Shown here: piece after piece, positions 42,359 through 55,672 of the stretch
Position numbering within the stretch: position 1 is the stretch's first letter
Layout: each line of letters opens with the position of its first letter
DNA from: Octopus vulgaris
Lineage: Eukaryota
Reading direction: 5' to 3'
Length of the DNA stretch: 64,000 nt
NCBI GenBank assembly: GCA_951406725.2
Contig: OX597815.1
Coordinates: 146,816,001 to 146,880,000 of the forward strand
The notes under the pieces: generated by a model
What the model saw: the letters and a program-made list of their open reading frames with translations, nothing else
Databases searched by the model: none
What the model was told of the DNA's origin: nothing
Position numbers and translations under genes: made by a program

Positions 42359-42907
42359 TGCATTTAAGGGTAAAGGGCGTCACCAACAGTAAACGACATG
42401 AAATACGTAAACAAATGAGTTCAATACACAAACTACGAGAGAGAGAGAGAGAGAGAGAGTGAGGGGAAATGGAAAACAGGACAAGCAATATAAAGAACGA
42501 CACTTCATCAGTTGTCGGCTGTCTGTCTACTCCTCATTTCGAGCATTAAATGACAATATGAATCTTCGAAGACAGTTGCTCCCATGAGTACCAAAATAAA
42601 ATTTGGGATTTATTGTGGGTCAATTTTGGGAACAAAAGCAGGACCGCGAAGACATACAAGGACACAATGAAAACAATTATGGAGAGCCGTTAGACCAGAA
42701 CGAGGGTAAAATATCGAACACTTGAGCAATACTTTCGTTGACAAGAGAAAAGATAGAAGTGAGGGATAGTTTTCTCCAGTCCTTAGGACAGTCCTGAAAG
42801 AAAAGAAAGATGATTACGCGAGAAAAAGAAAGATGGACGATGGTCACGTGTGAGCACCGAGAGAGAGAAAAGGAGTGAGATGGAGAGAGAAACATGTATA
42901 TTCGTGC

Positions 42908-43235
42908 TGGCGTAGGTGTGTGCTAAAATATTTGATTCTTCACAACGTTATTTCGGGTTCAGTCCCACCTTTGTAAGTGTCTTCTGCCTTAGTACCAGGC
43001 ACACGAAAGCATTGCGAGCAGATTTATTACAGAGGAACTGAACGAAGCTTATCTTATATATGTGTATATGTATGTCTTCATGCTGAGTTTGACCCCCTCC
43101 ACATGACGACCGTTTTTGATTTGTTTGCATTTCCAAAACTCATCGGTTCTATAAAGTAAGAGATAGAGAAAATACCAGAAATTTTAACAAAAAGTGAGCA
43201 CTGGGGTTCATTTATTCTGCTAAATTCCTTCCAAG
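42908..43235 (+). mobile_element. Degenerate family-E SINE
   Basis: GGCGTAGGTGTGTG...GGGTTCAGTCCCAC...GTAAGTGTCTTCT..., with an internal TA/TG tract. Confidence 0.6.
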
Positions 43236-43590
43236 ACGAGACCCCATCTTTCCTATATTCTACTGGCCGATATGCCTGTACTCGTGCAATGTAAACAGAG
43301 ATCCTACATTCCGTATTGCTTCTATTTCTTTTCTCTTCAGTTATTTAATGCTTCTTCTCTTTGATAAAGAGTCTAACCTGAAACGTTAGAACCACTTTCT
43401 TTATTCCCTCGCATGGTATAACACATCTCCTTTAGCTGTTAGTGTTTCATTCATTTTTCTACAATTTTACTTCATTTATCTATCAATCATGCAATATGCA
43501 CGTGTGCATATCAATATATGTGCGTGTGCGTGCGTGTGTGTGCGTGTTTAATTATATATACTTTCTCTTCAGTACGTTCTTTCCTCATTC

Positions 43591-43626
43591 CTTTCTGTAG
43601 AAGAATGTTGGCTCGAAACGTCAAAG
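43591..43626 (+). ncRNA. Degenerate minimal type-I hammerhead ribozyme motif in a Penelope-like repeat (tandem partner at 43358-43390)
   Basis: CTTT-CTGTAGA-A-GAAT-GTTG-GCTC-GAAA-C-GTC-AAAG: stem I CTTT/AAAG, palindromic ACGT stem III, GUC triplet; core A6 changed to U and stem II damaged. Confidence 0.55.
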
Positions 43627-44349
43627 ACATTTTCTATTCTTGTTGAGCGCCTAACACATATTGTTTGTTGTTTACTCGCGTCTCTGTCCATACAAGTTTC
43701 GTTTTACATACATTCTAATGTTGAAATATCAATTACTGCAGTACTGTAACGTTAAAAGTATGGAAATTGCGCAGATGGCCTGGAGAAGAATGTTACACCC
43801 CTCCATCACATCTCTCTATCCCCTTCTGTCTCTTAATTATTTAAAGAGCGTTTATTGCGCTTTATTCTGCCAGCGAAAGCGATGCCTAAGTTTTAATTAA
43901 CACGATGTTTACTGTCTGCAGCATCATTATGATGATATAAAATACAAAAGAACAATAAATAATGAGAGGGAAAAAAACGAACAACAAAATATCCAATTAG
44001 TCGTTAAAACACTTTAATGCGTTGCATGGGTTACTGTTATTAAGTTGAATGGGCATTTGTTTGAATTTATAAGATTCCAGTTGCAACCATTTTTCTATGC
44101 GATAAGGCATACATTTTTCGTTATCCAACAAAGTAAAAAGAAATAAATAAAACAGATACGGCTACAAAACCCGGATATCCTTATCGGCTGAACACATGCA
44201 TGCTTTACTTTGTATTTTTCTAGTGTAATGCATATATGTATGTATATATACATGCATGTATATGTATGTATGTATGTTTGTATGCATGTATTTTGTATCT
44301 ATCTAACTACATATATATATATATATATACATATATAGATGTACAGCCC

Positions 44350-44392
<43 letters not shown>

Positions 44393-45335
44393 CTTAAAGT
44401 GAAGCATAATTTACGCAGACACCAATTGATGTGATAGTTGATTAATAATTTACTACCGGCGCACATGAGAAATTACAGGAGTTTGGTCGATTAATCTGCT
44501 AAAAATACCAGCCACATCACTTGAAAATCCCATCCTCTTTCAAAACAAAGAGAAAAGACACAATGCAGTATTAATGTAATCATCTTATTTTTAGGAAGCT
44601 ATACACATATATAAACGCGCCCATACTGAATCCTTTGAACATTTATCTTCTCAATTAGCGCTCGAATAATGCCTCATGAACTTTATCTCATAATAGATGT
44701 GAAATTATATTTTTATAAAACATCATGATCGATTTGTGCAGTGTAAAACTGACTAAATTCAAACTGGAGAAGACCGCCCGATGCATTGTTCCTGTTATTC
44801 AGAGGACCAATATAATTGTATTCTCTCAGCTGGATTTTGTCTGAAACGTGCATTAAGCATAGATATGTCTATGAAATACTCTATTACTTCCACTTTAACC
44901 CAATCAGTTACAATTTCAGCAGACCAAACAGACTGAGGTCTACTTACTTTCTAAATAGTTGTATTAAATATATTCTCTGTAGTATTCTCAATATATTTCG
45001 GTATTCCACTTGAAAGTTTGGAGTAATAGGATTTTTCGAAAATCAAAATTTTTCACAATGTTTAAGCGTGTTTAATATAATACGGTAAATGAATATTTAA
45101 TATATAGTATATTATATATAAAATTAGGCGGCAATCTGTTACAATTGAAAACATTGATGGGAGGCATTGCTTTCGACTTTATGTTCTTAGGATCTGTGTT
45201 CGAATGCCGCCTGGGTCGAATTTGACTTTCATCCTGTCGGATTCGATAAAATAAGTATCGATGAAATAAGGTCGATAACATCAGCTGAACACTTTGGGTT
45301 GGTATGCCAAAACCAATGTATAAGTATTTATAGTA

Positions 45336-45378
<43 letters not shown>

Positions 45379-45381
<3 letters not shown>

Positions 45382-45773
45382 ATATATATATATATATTAT
45401 ATAAACGGCAGTTTGTCTGTGCGTGTTTCTGTGTGTCTGTTTGCTTGTACCCTCACCCTGACCACGGCTTTCAACCGATTCTGATGAAACTTGACACACA
45501 CATAGCCCAATGTCATAATTCAAAACTAACGCAGCGAAAATATTGAAAAGTTCCCCCAGTTCTGAAAAAAATTGATAAATTCGACATGGGGTCGAGAATC
45601 AGGAACACAAACCACAAACTTTGTAGGTGACGCAACTCCACCTTTTTTAACTATCAAAAAAAAATTTACCATAATTTTTTCCTTTTTTTTTGCTATTTTT
45701 TGGCTATAACTCTCTAAAAATGCTTTATAGTTATTTCCCTTACAAACCTGAGCAACGCCGGGCGATACTGCTA

Positions 45774-45774
<1 letters not shown>
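45379..45774 (+). mobile_element. Non-autonomous Helitron, copy 2
   Basis: A|TCTATATATA...ATAAACGGCAG start, hairpin CCTGAGCAACGCCGGG, CTAG|T end; embedded in (TA)n on both sides. Confidence 0.9.
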
Positions 45775-45826
<52 letters not shown>

Positions 45827-45866
45827 ATAATAGGTATTACATATATTAATGTATGTTAGCAAATTA

Positions 45867-46535
45867 CGAGGAAGAGTCCAAAATTATACGCACTCTTGAT
45901 TTTTCAATGTAATAATACAAGAGTAGAGGTTAAGCAAGTACGTCATTTTTCTATATAGTCTCCTTCCATTTCGATGCACTTGGTCCGGCAGTCCACAAGC
46001 TTGCGTATTCCCTCCAAGAAGAAGGTTTTCGGTGGTCGTGCAACTATTTATGCTCCGCTTCCTTGACATCTTCATCCGTAGGAAGTCGACGACCTCGTAA
46101 ACAATCTTTGAGTGATCCAAAATATGAGGCGAGATCTGGGCTGTTGACAGAGTGTTCCAGCACCTCAAAACCCAATTGATCAATGGTTTCAATGGTGTGG
46201 GTGGCCATGTGAAGGAGTGCATTGTCATGCAACAAAACTTTCTTCGACAATAAGCTTCGACGTTTGGTGCGAATTGCTGAATTCAGTCTGTTGGCCAGCA
46301 AAACAATATATTTTCTCTGTTGATCGTACACTGCTTTTCCAGAGTAATCGGATCACTGCCCTTTGTTGTTCTTTGGTGTACACTGTAAAGCCAGTAAGAA
46401 AAATGATGCGATCAGGCTCAAAAGTCGATCACGTGACTACAATAGTACCAACTTTATGCACGCACGGGTAGGAAGTAGTGTGACAATAATAAAGATATTA
46501 TGACGAAAGCGCATATAATTTTTGACTTTTCTCCG
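45867..46535 (-). mobile_element. Internally deleted mariner (669 bp) with both TIRs and TA TSDs
   Basis: TIRs TA|CGAGGAAGAGTCCAAAATTATACGCAC and GCGCATATAATTTTTGACTTTTCTCCG|TA; transposase pieces YTKEQQRAVIRLLW fused to LEKQCTIN...KVLLHDNA...NSPDLAS...FGSLKDCLRGRR...KCIEMEGDYIEK. Confidence 0.92.
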
Positions 46536-48326
46536 TATTATTTCTTCGTTTCCAAGATTATGAAATTAAAGATAGTGGTAATTTACATCTGAAGTTAGAT
46601 GGCCAAGTATTTAAGAGTCCCATGATCAGAAATTTTGGGGTTCAACTTTTACACGGGCAGAATATTGTACCTTTCAGGAAGAAACTCTACTTTACACAAT
46701 GAGTTCTAGTAGAGTTCTCTTTCAACCCTCCTTTTGTTTCATAATTCTGCACGTAGATCAAGTTCGCGAAAATCGACAGAATGTGTAAGTAATATCACGA
46801 TTGCATAAGCGCTTAAAGAAGTTAATGAAAGCATGGTGCATGTTAGCAAGTCATACTCACTCGCTAGTGGCTGTTGGCTGTGCTGTATTTGATAGAACTT
46901 TACATCCTTTTACATTTTAAAGATTGTTTTACCCAATAAGACTACGACTACATCACAGCTATTATCATCAGACAGCAACATAATTGAAATCTTTGTACGG
47001 TTTCTTTCGAAACATTCATTACATGAATTGGTCAATGAACTTCTTTCGACTTGTTTGTATCTCCAATTGTGTCAAAAATTATGTCTCAACGTGGTCATTC
47101 AACCTGTTAGAAATAGCGGTCAAACTCGTCACAATCCTACTCAGTCATCACAAGCCGCTGGGTATTTAAAAGTGAATATTAAATCTTCAAAAGATGATCT
47201 TCTCACGTGATCGAATTGCTTGGTAGAAATAGCCTAACATGAGATCTAAAATGAGGACAGGAAATATGGTGCTGCTCTAGATACTCTATGTCAAATAAAT
47301 AGGCATGATGGTCACTGTTGTATGTTCTTCCCTCATAAAGATATTCGATCATGGATAATATGGCTATAAACAATAACATCAACAGCAATTGGGTTAAATT
47401 AACTTCTTTATTCAACTGTCTTCGTTATCTGACATAAATGTTCTGATGCATTTAGAGATGCAACTCGAAATCTGCTCCCAAAGGCGCAGAAATGGGAAAT
47501 AATTTTTATTTTCTGCAGACTATTATCAAATATCCACGTTTCCAACACTCTGCTTTTCATCACATTTGCACAGAAATATTTAGAAATGATACAGTTTAGT
47601 ACCTGTTTCGTAGTAGACTTTGCTTCTATAACGGAAGCTATAGAAATACATCTTTTCTGCCGTTTTATCAAGTCACCTAAACCATAACGTTTGGCGATAT
47701 AAATTCAACCTTGGCGGTAATTGAAGTTAGGACGCAAATATTTGGAACGAATCCGGCTATATATATATATATATACATGCGCATGTATGTGCACATACGC
47801 ACATGCTAAAGCACATATATACATAGGTAAACATACGCGCCAATATTTCCAAAGACCGAACGGATCTTCAGTATATTCAGCGCCGATAATCACAAATTTT
47901 GTTAACAAAAGTGACCTTTTGAATTACTGGCAGATACCACGCAGGTACAGTATGGTCATTGCTAAAACATACATACACATATACACTCAAAATCACCACT
48001 CGTGCATACATAACACGGTGCAGTGATATTACTTTCTTCGTTCTACATTCTTAGATCGAGTTCTCGTTGGTAACTACTTTGTCTCGTATTCAACTCGATT
48101 CAATAAAATAAGTATCTGTAATGTTATAAGGTTGATTCAATCGAATACATCTTTTTTGTGCAGAGTTGAAGTAAATGTGATCTTCTGACGACTAAAAAGA
48201 AATCGATATTAAAAGATATGCTAATAAGTTCATGTTCTATTTACCAGAGAACTACAGGTCTTACAAAATAGATCGATAGGAATATTTTTATGCTTCATAT
48301 ACATATATATGCAAGTATGTATATAT

Positions 48327-48375
<49 letters not shown>

Positions 48376-48843
48376 AAAGTATATGTGTGTATGTGTGTAT
48401 ATATATATATGTGTGTGTGTGTTCATATATATATATATATGCATACATACATATATATATACATATATGTGTGCGTGTGTAAGTATACATGTATACATCT
48501 GTGGGTGTATGTCTGTATGGGTGGGTGTGGGTGTGCATCTATATATCGACATCACTAACTGGAATATAGTTTTGATATTCCTGTTTTACAAAATGTATGC
48601 GACTCCAATAGAGTCAGAAATGAAATTATGTCTAAAATTAATACTTCAACTGCAACTCATATTATTTCCCTCAAGACTAAATATCCGATGCTGATACATG
48701 AAGACTTATTCAATAAAATATAAACCTAGTGTTCAATATGTTGGAAACGTAAATTTAATGGTTGAATGTAATCTTAAATGAAATGTTTCTTACGCTACCT
48801 CTATTTCGCTCTCCATTTCTCATATTGCGTGTATATATATCTA

Positions 48844-48984
<141 letters not shown>

Positions 48985-49145
48985 AACGATATATGGACTG
49001 TTGGCGATTTTTTTCCTCCTTTTCTCTTGGACTTTTCTCTGTCTCCTGTTTCTGAAAAAGAGCTTTGCTCGAAACCTAAGGTACCCTTTCTTTCCTTTTC
49101 TGAGCGTCTTTGCATGTACCACGTGCTTGCATTGTTTGTTTTTTG
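48985..49145 (+). mobile_element. Hammerhead-containing ~200-bp repeat (Penelope/retrozyme-like), 3' end cut by a SINE
   Basis: Homologous to the reverse complement of 49783-49990; motif GTTT-CTGAAAA-A-GAGC-TTT-GCTC-GAAA-C-CTA at 49048-49078. Confidence 0.7.
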
Positions 49146-49410
49146 TCGCTAGTCAAAATGTACTTCGCATTGTTTTAGCCTTCAAATGACGCCACCCCGC
49201 TGGGTAAATGAGCAGGCCAACAGAAAAAAGAGTGAGAGAAAGTTGTGGCGAAAGAGTACAGCAGAGATCACCACCATCCGTTGCCGGAGCCTCGTGGAAC
49301 TTTGGGTGTTTTCGCTCAATAAACACTCACAACACCCGGTCTGGGAATCGAAAACGCGATCCTACGACCACGAGTCCGCTGCGCTAACCACTGGACCATT
49401 GCGCCTCCAC
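49146..49410 (-). mobile_element. Family-A SINE, copy 2
   Basis: Reverse complement aligns with 957-1215. Confidence 0.9.
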
Positions 49411-49411
49411 A

Positions 49412-49489
<78 letters not shown>

Positions 49490-49693
49490 AACAAAGAGAT
49501 GATACCGGAAAAACCGACTGTTATGTAATAAACGTCATTAACTTAGAGCTGTGTTTGCTATAATATTTGGTGAACTCTTAGTTGAGTACCAGGATAACAC
49601 CCTTAAACACCATCGCAGCTGTGAATATGAACTGCATTCTATTTAGGAAAGGTACATTTTCAGCACAGGCAGGCGTTATGACTGAGATAGTTT

Positions 49694-49780
<87 letters not shown>

Positions 49781-49782
49781 CA

Positions 49783-49990
49783 GTTAATCCAAACATGAAA
49801 ACACAAAGAGAAAACACAACAACGTGAGGACGTGGATCAAATATAGTATTATTGGACGCTCAGGAAGGAAGGGAAGAAGGAGGGTTTTGCGTTTCGAGCG
49901 GAGCTCTTCGTCAGTAACATAAGAAAAGAAAGATCCAGAGAAGGGAAGGCGGAGGAACAAAAGATCGCCAACGGTACGCACGCGGTCACA
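49783..49990 (-). mobile_element. Hammerhead-containing ~200-bp repeat flanked by microsatellites on both sides
   Basis: Minus strand 49918-49884 reads GTTA-CTGACGA-A-GAGC-TCC-GCTC-GAAA-C-GCA-AAAC: intact CUGANGA/GAAA core and a perfect stem II. Confidence 0.78.
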
Positions 49991-49996
49991 TTTTGA

Positions 49997-50052
<56 letters not shown>

Positions 50053-50075
50053 AAATGTGTATAAATTAATATATG

Positions 50076-50502
<427 letters not shown>

Positions 50503-50510
50503 ATATATAT

Positions 50511-50765
<255 letters not shown>

Positions 50766-52184
50766 CATTTATATATATCTATATGTATGTATATATATCT
50801 ATATGTATATATGAATATAGTATGAATAGCGAATTTTACAAATATGAAGAATCTCACTTCTATAATTATCTCTATTATGTGTTCGAAGTCTCGACCTTCA
50901 TACCAGAAATCCTTTTGTATCTTTGTGAAAAAAATTATCTCTATATTGAAAAGTGGGTATTTAAAAAATAGCTGTTAAATGCAAACCCTTTTTTTTTAAC
51001 ATACATGCGCTTTTAAAAATATGTATATATACTGTATTTGTATATGAAAAGCCGACCCAAAGATACGCATTACGCTTTTTTCATCTGTTCGTAATTAAAA
51101 GATACGAATTCTTTGGTAGTGATATATAAATTTAGAGTAACGGGTGTAAGCACTTGTTTTCCAAATTAAGTACTTAAACACTGCAGTTGTCTTCCAATTA
51201 TATTTATTTCTACAAATGATTTTTATCTTTTTTTTTTTCTTCAGAAACCGTTCATTCATTCTGTCTCATATTTACTAATATTAGTTTAAAAAGAAATATA
51301 CCTGCCAATGTACTTTTAAGTCGTTATCATTTACGAAATGAAGCCAAAATATTATCCGTGTGCAATTTAAATACGTAATTCAGTATGCAAATGATATCTA
51401 TTATGTCAAAGTTTTTTCCTTTTCACTAACAATAGAATGAAAGATTGCACATATGCACATACGCATATATGCAAACCATACATGTGCGCGTACATGTACG
51501 TACACACACGCGCTAAAGCTAGCATGTGCTTGTGTGTGCTTCGCTTTTTCACTGTATGATTGCATACATACATAAATTTATACATACTGACACACACACT
51601 CACACACACACATATATACATATATATATTGATATTTATGAGTACATTTATTCCTTTATCTACGTGTCTAAATGCGTGTGTATGTCCCTGTGAGCGGGTA
51701 TATGTGCCGCTACAAGTTTGCAAATATTTAACATTTTTCAGTTCTATATGTTGAAGCAAAATTTCTTCTGATAGAAAAGAATCTCGAAAATGGTGGAAAT
51801 TTTAAAAAATCATAAAAGAAATGTTGACAGCACTGCTAAGAATAATAGCTACATTAATAGCAATTGAATAACAGAAAGTTAAAAAATACCAGAACACATT
51901 CTGAAACTTCAATAGCATCGCTGATTGAATGGACCTAAGATTATAACCAATAATTATTTTTATCGATTCTTGGAGGTATGCAAAAGAATGTAGTAGCTGG
52001 TGGGGATTGATCTGGAAATCGGAATGTCAGAAAATATATATTTCACCATATTCAGTTGATGTAACAAGAATGTTGTTGGCGCAGTCTTTAGGATACTCAA
52101 TTTTGAGGGATGCGTTTCCTAACATATATTTGACATATTTAAGGGTTAAAATAACACTATCTTGATTTAAACTCGATTTTTCTT

Positions 52185-52425
52185 TCGTCTGTCTTCCCAC
52201 TCTGAGAAAAAATTCCGCCGAGGTCCACTTGGCCTATCATCCTTTCGGGGTTGATAAATTACGTACTAGTTGCGTACGGAGGTCGATCTAATCAACTGGT
52301 CCCTTCCTCCAAAATCCCGGGCCTTACGATGACGATAAAATAAGTACCAGTTGCGTACTGGGGTCGATTTAATCGACTGGCCCCCTTCCCCAAAATTTCA
52401 GGCCTTGTGCCTAGAGTAGAAAAGA
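52185..52425 (+). mobile_element. Family-D SINE with a tandemly duplicated 3' module
   Basis: The block GATAAA.TA.GTAC.AGTTGCGTAC...GGTCGAT.TAATC.ACTGG.CCC.TCC.CCAAAAT...GGCCTT occurs twice (~52253-52325 and ~52334-52406). Confidence 0.8.
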
Positions 52426-53387
52426 AAAAGTTATTGGTGGGCAGCAATTGAATCATTTTATTATAGCTTGCTCTTTAAAGTCGGTGAAAAACGGGTAGAA
52501 ATATTGTTGTCGTTGTTCCTAATATTATTGTTTATTTCTAGGAGAACTCTGATCGAATATACCTGAGATAACATCAGAATCATTGGACATCCCATCGTTT
52601 TTGGAAAGGTGACATTGTCTAATGTTTAACCGAAGGGTAGTTTAAAAGAGAATACTTGGTTGCGATTTGTAACACATTGAGCAATTGGATAAAGACACTG
52701 TACTACAATATTCATAATAAAAATTGCCGTGCTAGATATTATTAGATTTAAGAGATATTGTCTCAACTAAGAAGAATTTATGATATAGTATAAGAACAAA
52801 CGAACTTCATCAGAACCATCGTTACACTGTTGAGAGTTCTCCTCTCTCTTGCATACGTATAATATACCATGTCTGAGGAAAGCTGTAAGGTACCCGTCTA
52901 AAGATAAATTTATCATATAGAGCCTATTTGGCTTAATAGACTATAGAATCATTTAAATAATATACACGGTCGTTTATACATTCAATGTCTATGTCAAAAA
53001 ATGTATTTGTTATCTTTAGAGATAGAACTATTTCCTCAATTTTATTTCCTGATTTTCATTTCAGTTACATTTTTGCCAATTTAAGATTTTTTAAAGAAAT
53101 ATACTATTGAAGTTTTTTTGTTTTTGTTTTTATCTCAATATACTTGATAATCGCATAAAATTCTCATATCTAACTGATTGCTAAATATTGTGACGATCAG
53201 TCGGTCATTCATATCTAAGTTCATGGAAATGAAGTACAATGGAGGGAAACTATTTACTCAGAATTATAATGAAATCATTTGTCAAGGATTTCAGTTACAA
53301 TTCAACAGCGCGACTAGTAATAACAACATTTACAATAGATCAAGTAATTTACTGCTTCTCCCCTAGATGCTGCTACTGCTTCTGTTG

Positions 53388-53418
<31 letters not shown>

Positions 53419-53495
53419 TTCTACTACTACTGCTGCTTCTACTACTACTGCTGCTGCTACTACTACTACTACTACTACTATTACTACTACTACTA

Positions 53496-53552
<57 letters not shown>

Positions 53553-54140
53553 TATGGTTTAATGTTAAAGATGTCTAATGATTGTGTTCAACCAGTGAAA
53601 GACGTCGTTCGCTAAACTAACATCTGCTTTAATCTCCTCAAACTGATTCCGTTAACCGAATTTCTTTCAGAACCCATAGGCTAACACGGACGTAGAGTAT
53701 AAAGCATTTGCACAAAGTATTTTTTACAAGGATCGAACTCAGAAACGTACACTATTCGAAATAATGCTTACCAAAACAGCAAATGCTTAAAATAAAATGT
53801 TGTATTTGTATGAATATGTCAGTATAAAGTTTTTCATGTGTGTGTGGATGCGTGTATGTGGGTATGTTTGTATGTGTGTATGTGTGTATGTAACAACTAC
53901 AATAAATCAAATCACAAAAAAGTCTTATATTGGAATACATTTAAGTATCTCGTGGAATATGTGGAATCTATTGCACATGGTTTGGTGTTTTGGGATTGAA
54001 AATTAAAAATACGAGCATGTATACAAGAGCATGTTGTAGAGGAAATATCGGATATATGTGTAAAGATATATATATATATATATATGCATACCTACATAAA
54101 TATATTTATATATATGCATGCACACACACATACACCCACC

Positions 54141-54190
<50 letters not shown>

Positions 54191-54787
54191 CATAGAGACA
54201 AATATAACTGAAAATAAAACCAGACTTTTATTATTCCAATATAGAAGAGAACTGTATAAAGTGAACATAGTTAAAAAAGATACAAATGATAAAACAAAAC
54301 AAAAATGATACTTCCTTTAATTATTGAAAAAAAGTAGATTATGATATTGGAAAAATTTAAGAAAAAAATTATTATTACGAAAATTAAAAATTTCTGAAAA
54401 ATTCCACTTGTAATATTTTAATCGATTTTGAACTGAATGTTATAACAAAAAAATATATTCGAAGAGAAGAGTAAAATATATGGGAAAATATGGAATAATG
54501 TTTTATTTTATTTAAAAAAATTATTCTAGTACCAATGATATGTTACATTCACATGTCATACTTTCACTTTGTTTATAATCACTGATTCACACAAACACCT
54601 ACACGCGCTGCGCACACACACAGTAACACACAGACACACGCACACACGTATACATTTATCTGTGTATATGTGTGTGTGTAACTGCGTGTGTGTATATACA
54701 TATATATATATCATATTATATATGTATATGTATGTATGATATACATAAATATATACATACATATACATATATATATATTATATTCTA

Positions 54788-54857
<70 letters not shown>

Positions 54858-55573
54858 TATATGTGTATATTTATTTATTGAAACCTGACTACACATGCTG
54901 TTTTTTTTCTGTTTATCTAAATATGTGAATGCTTTTAAATCAACACTTATGTAGTGTAATTTATTTAAACATAGCATCTCAAACTATGTCATTGAAACTA
55001 GGTGATAGTTCAATTTATAATTGTAATGTAGGTTTCAACAGACACACACACATACACACATACTCTTTTTTTCTCCCTTTCTCTTTCATACACACACCTA
55101 CATATACACACACGTATATGTATGTGTATATTAGAAAATACCCAAGGGTTTTATCGGAGCTCCCAATCCCACGTTTATCTTCTGATCTAAATCTGTTGGT
55201 AACGTTGCTAGGCATTTCTTATAAATAAAAATATTGTTCTGAACAGGCTTACATGCATTGTATATTTCAGTTTAGAAGTGGATGTCCATGAGGGCTTGTA
55301 GTGTCGAAAGATTTAGATTCTCTCATATTGACCTATATTTTGTGATGGAAACAGGTAAGCAGAATCTATACAGAAACCCCTGTAAATCCAATGTATAGCC
55401 TTCTCGCATGTTCTTTGACATAATGAATGAAAGTGTGAATTAAGTAAAGCATACACAAGTGTGTGGAATGTTCAGCTACTTAAATGTTAATTCAGGAGAA
55501 AGTGATTTGGTCGATCGAACGTGCGCACATTCTTACACATTATACGTATATGTATTTGTATGTAACATATATG

Positions 55574-55623
<50 letters not shown>

Positions 55624-55627
55624 TGTG

Positions 55628-55649
55628 TACAGTGCTCAGGTGCACTACA
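55628..55649 (-). other. LINE 3' UTR stem-loop (probable RT recognition signal)
   Basis: Sense TGTAGTGC-ACCTGA-GCACTGTA: 8-bp stem (two G-U pairs) with a 6-nt loop immediately before the tail. Confidence 0.7.
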
Positions 55650-55672
55650 ACTCATCTAAAGTGTATATATAA

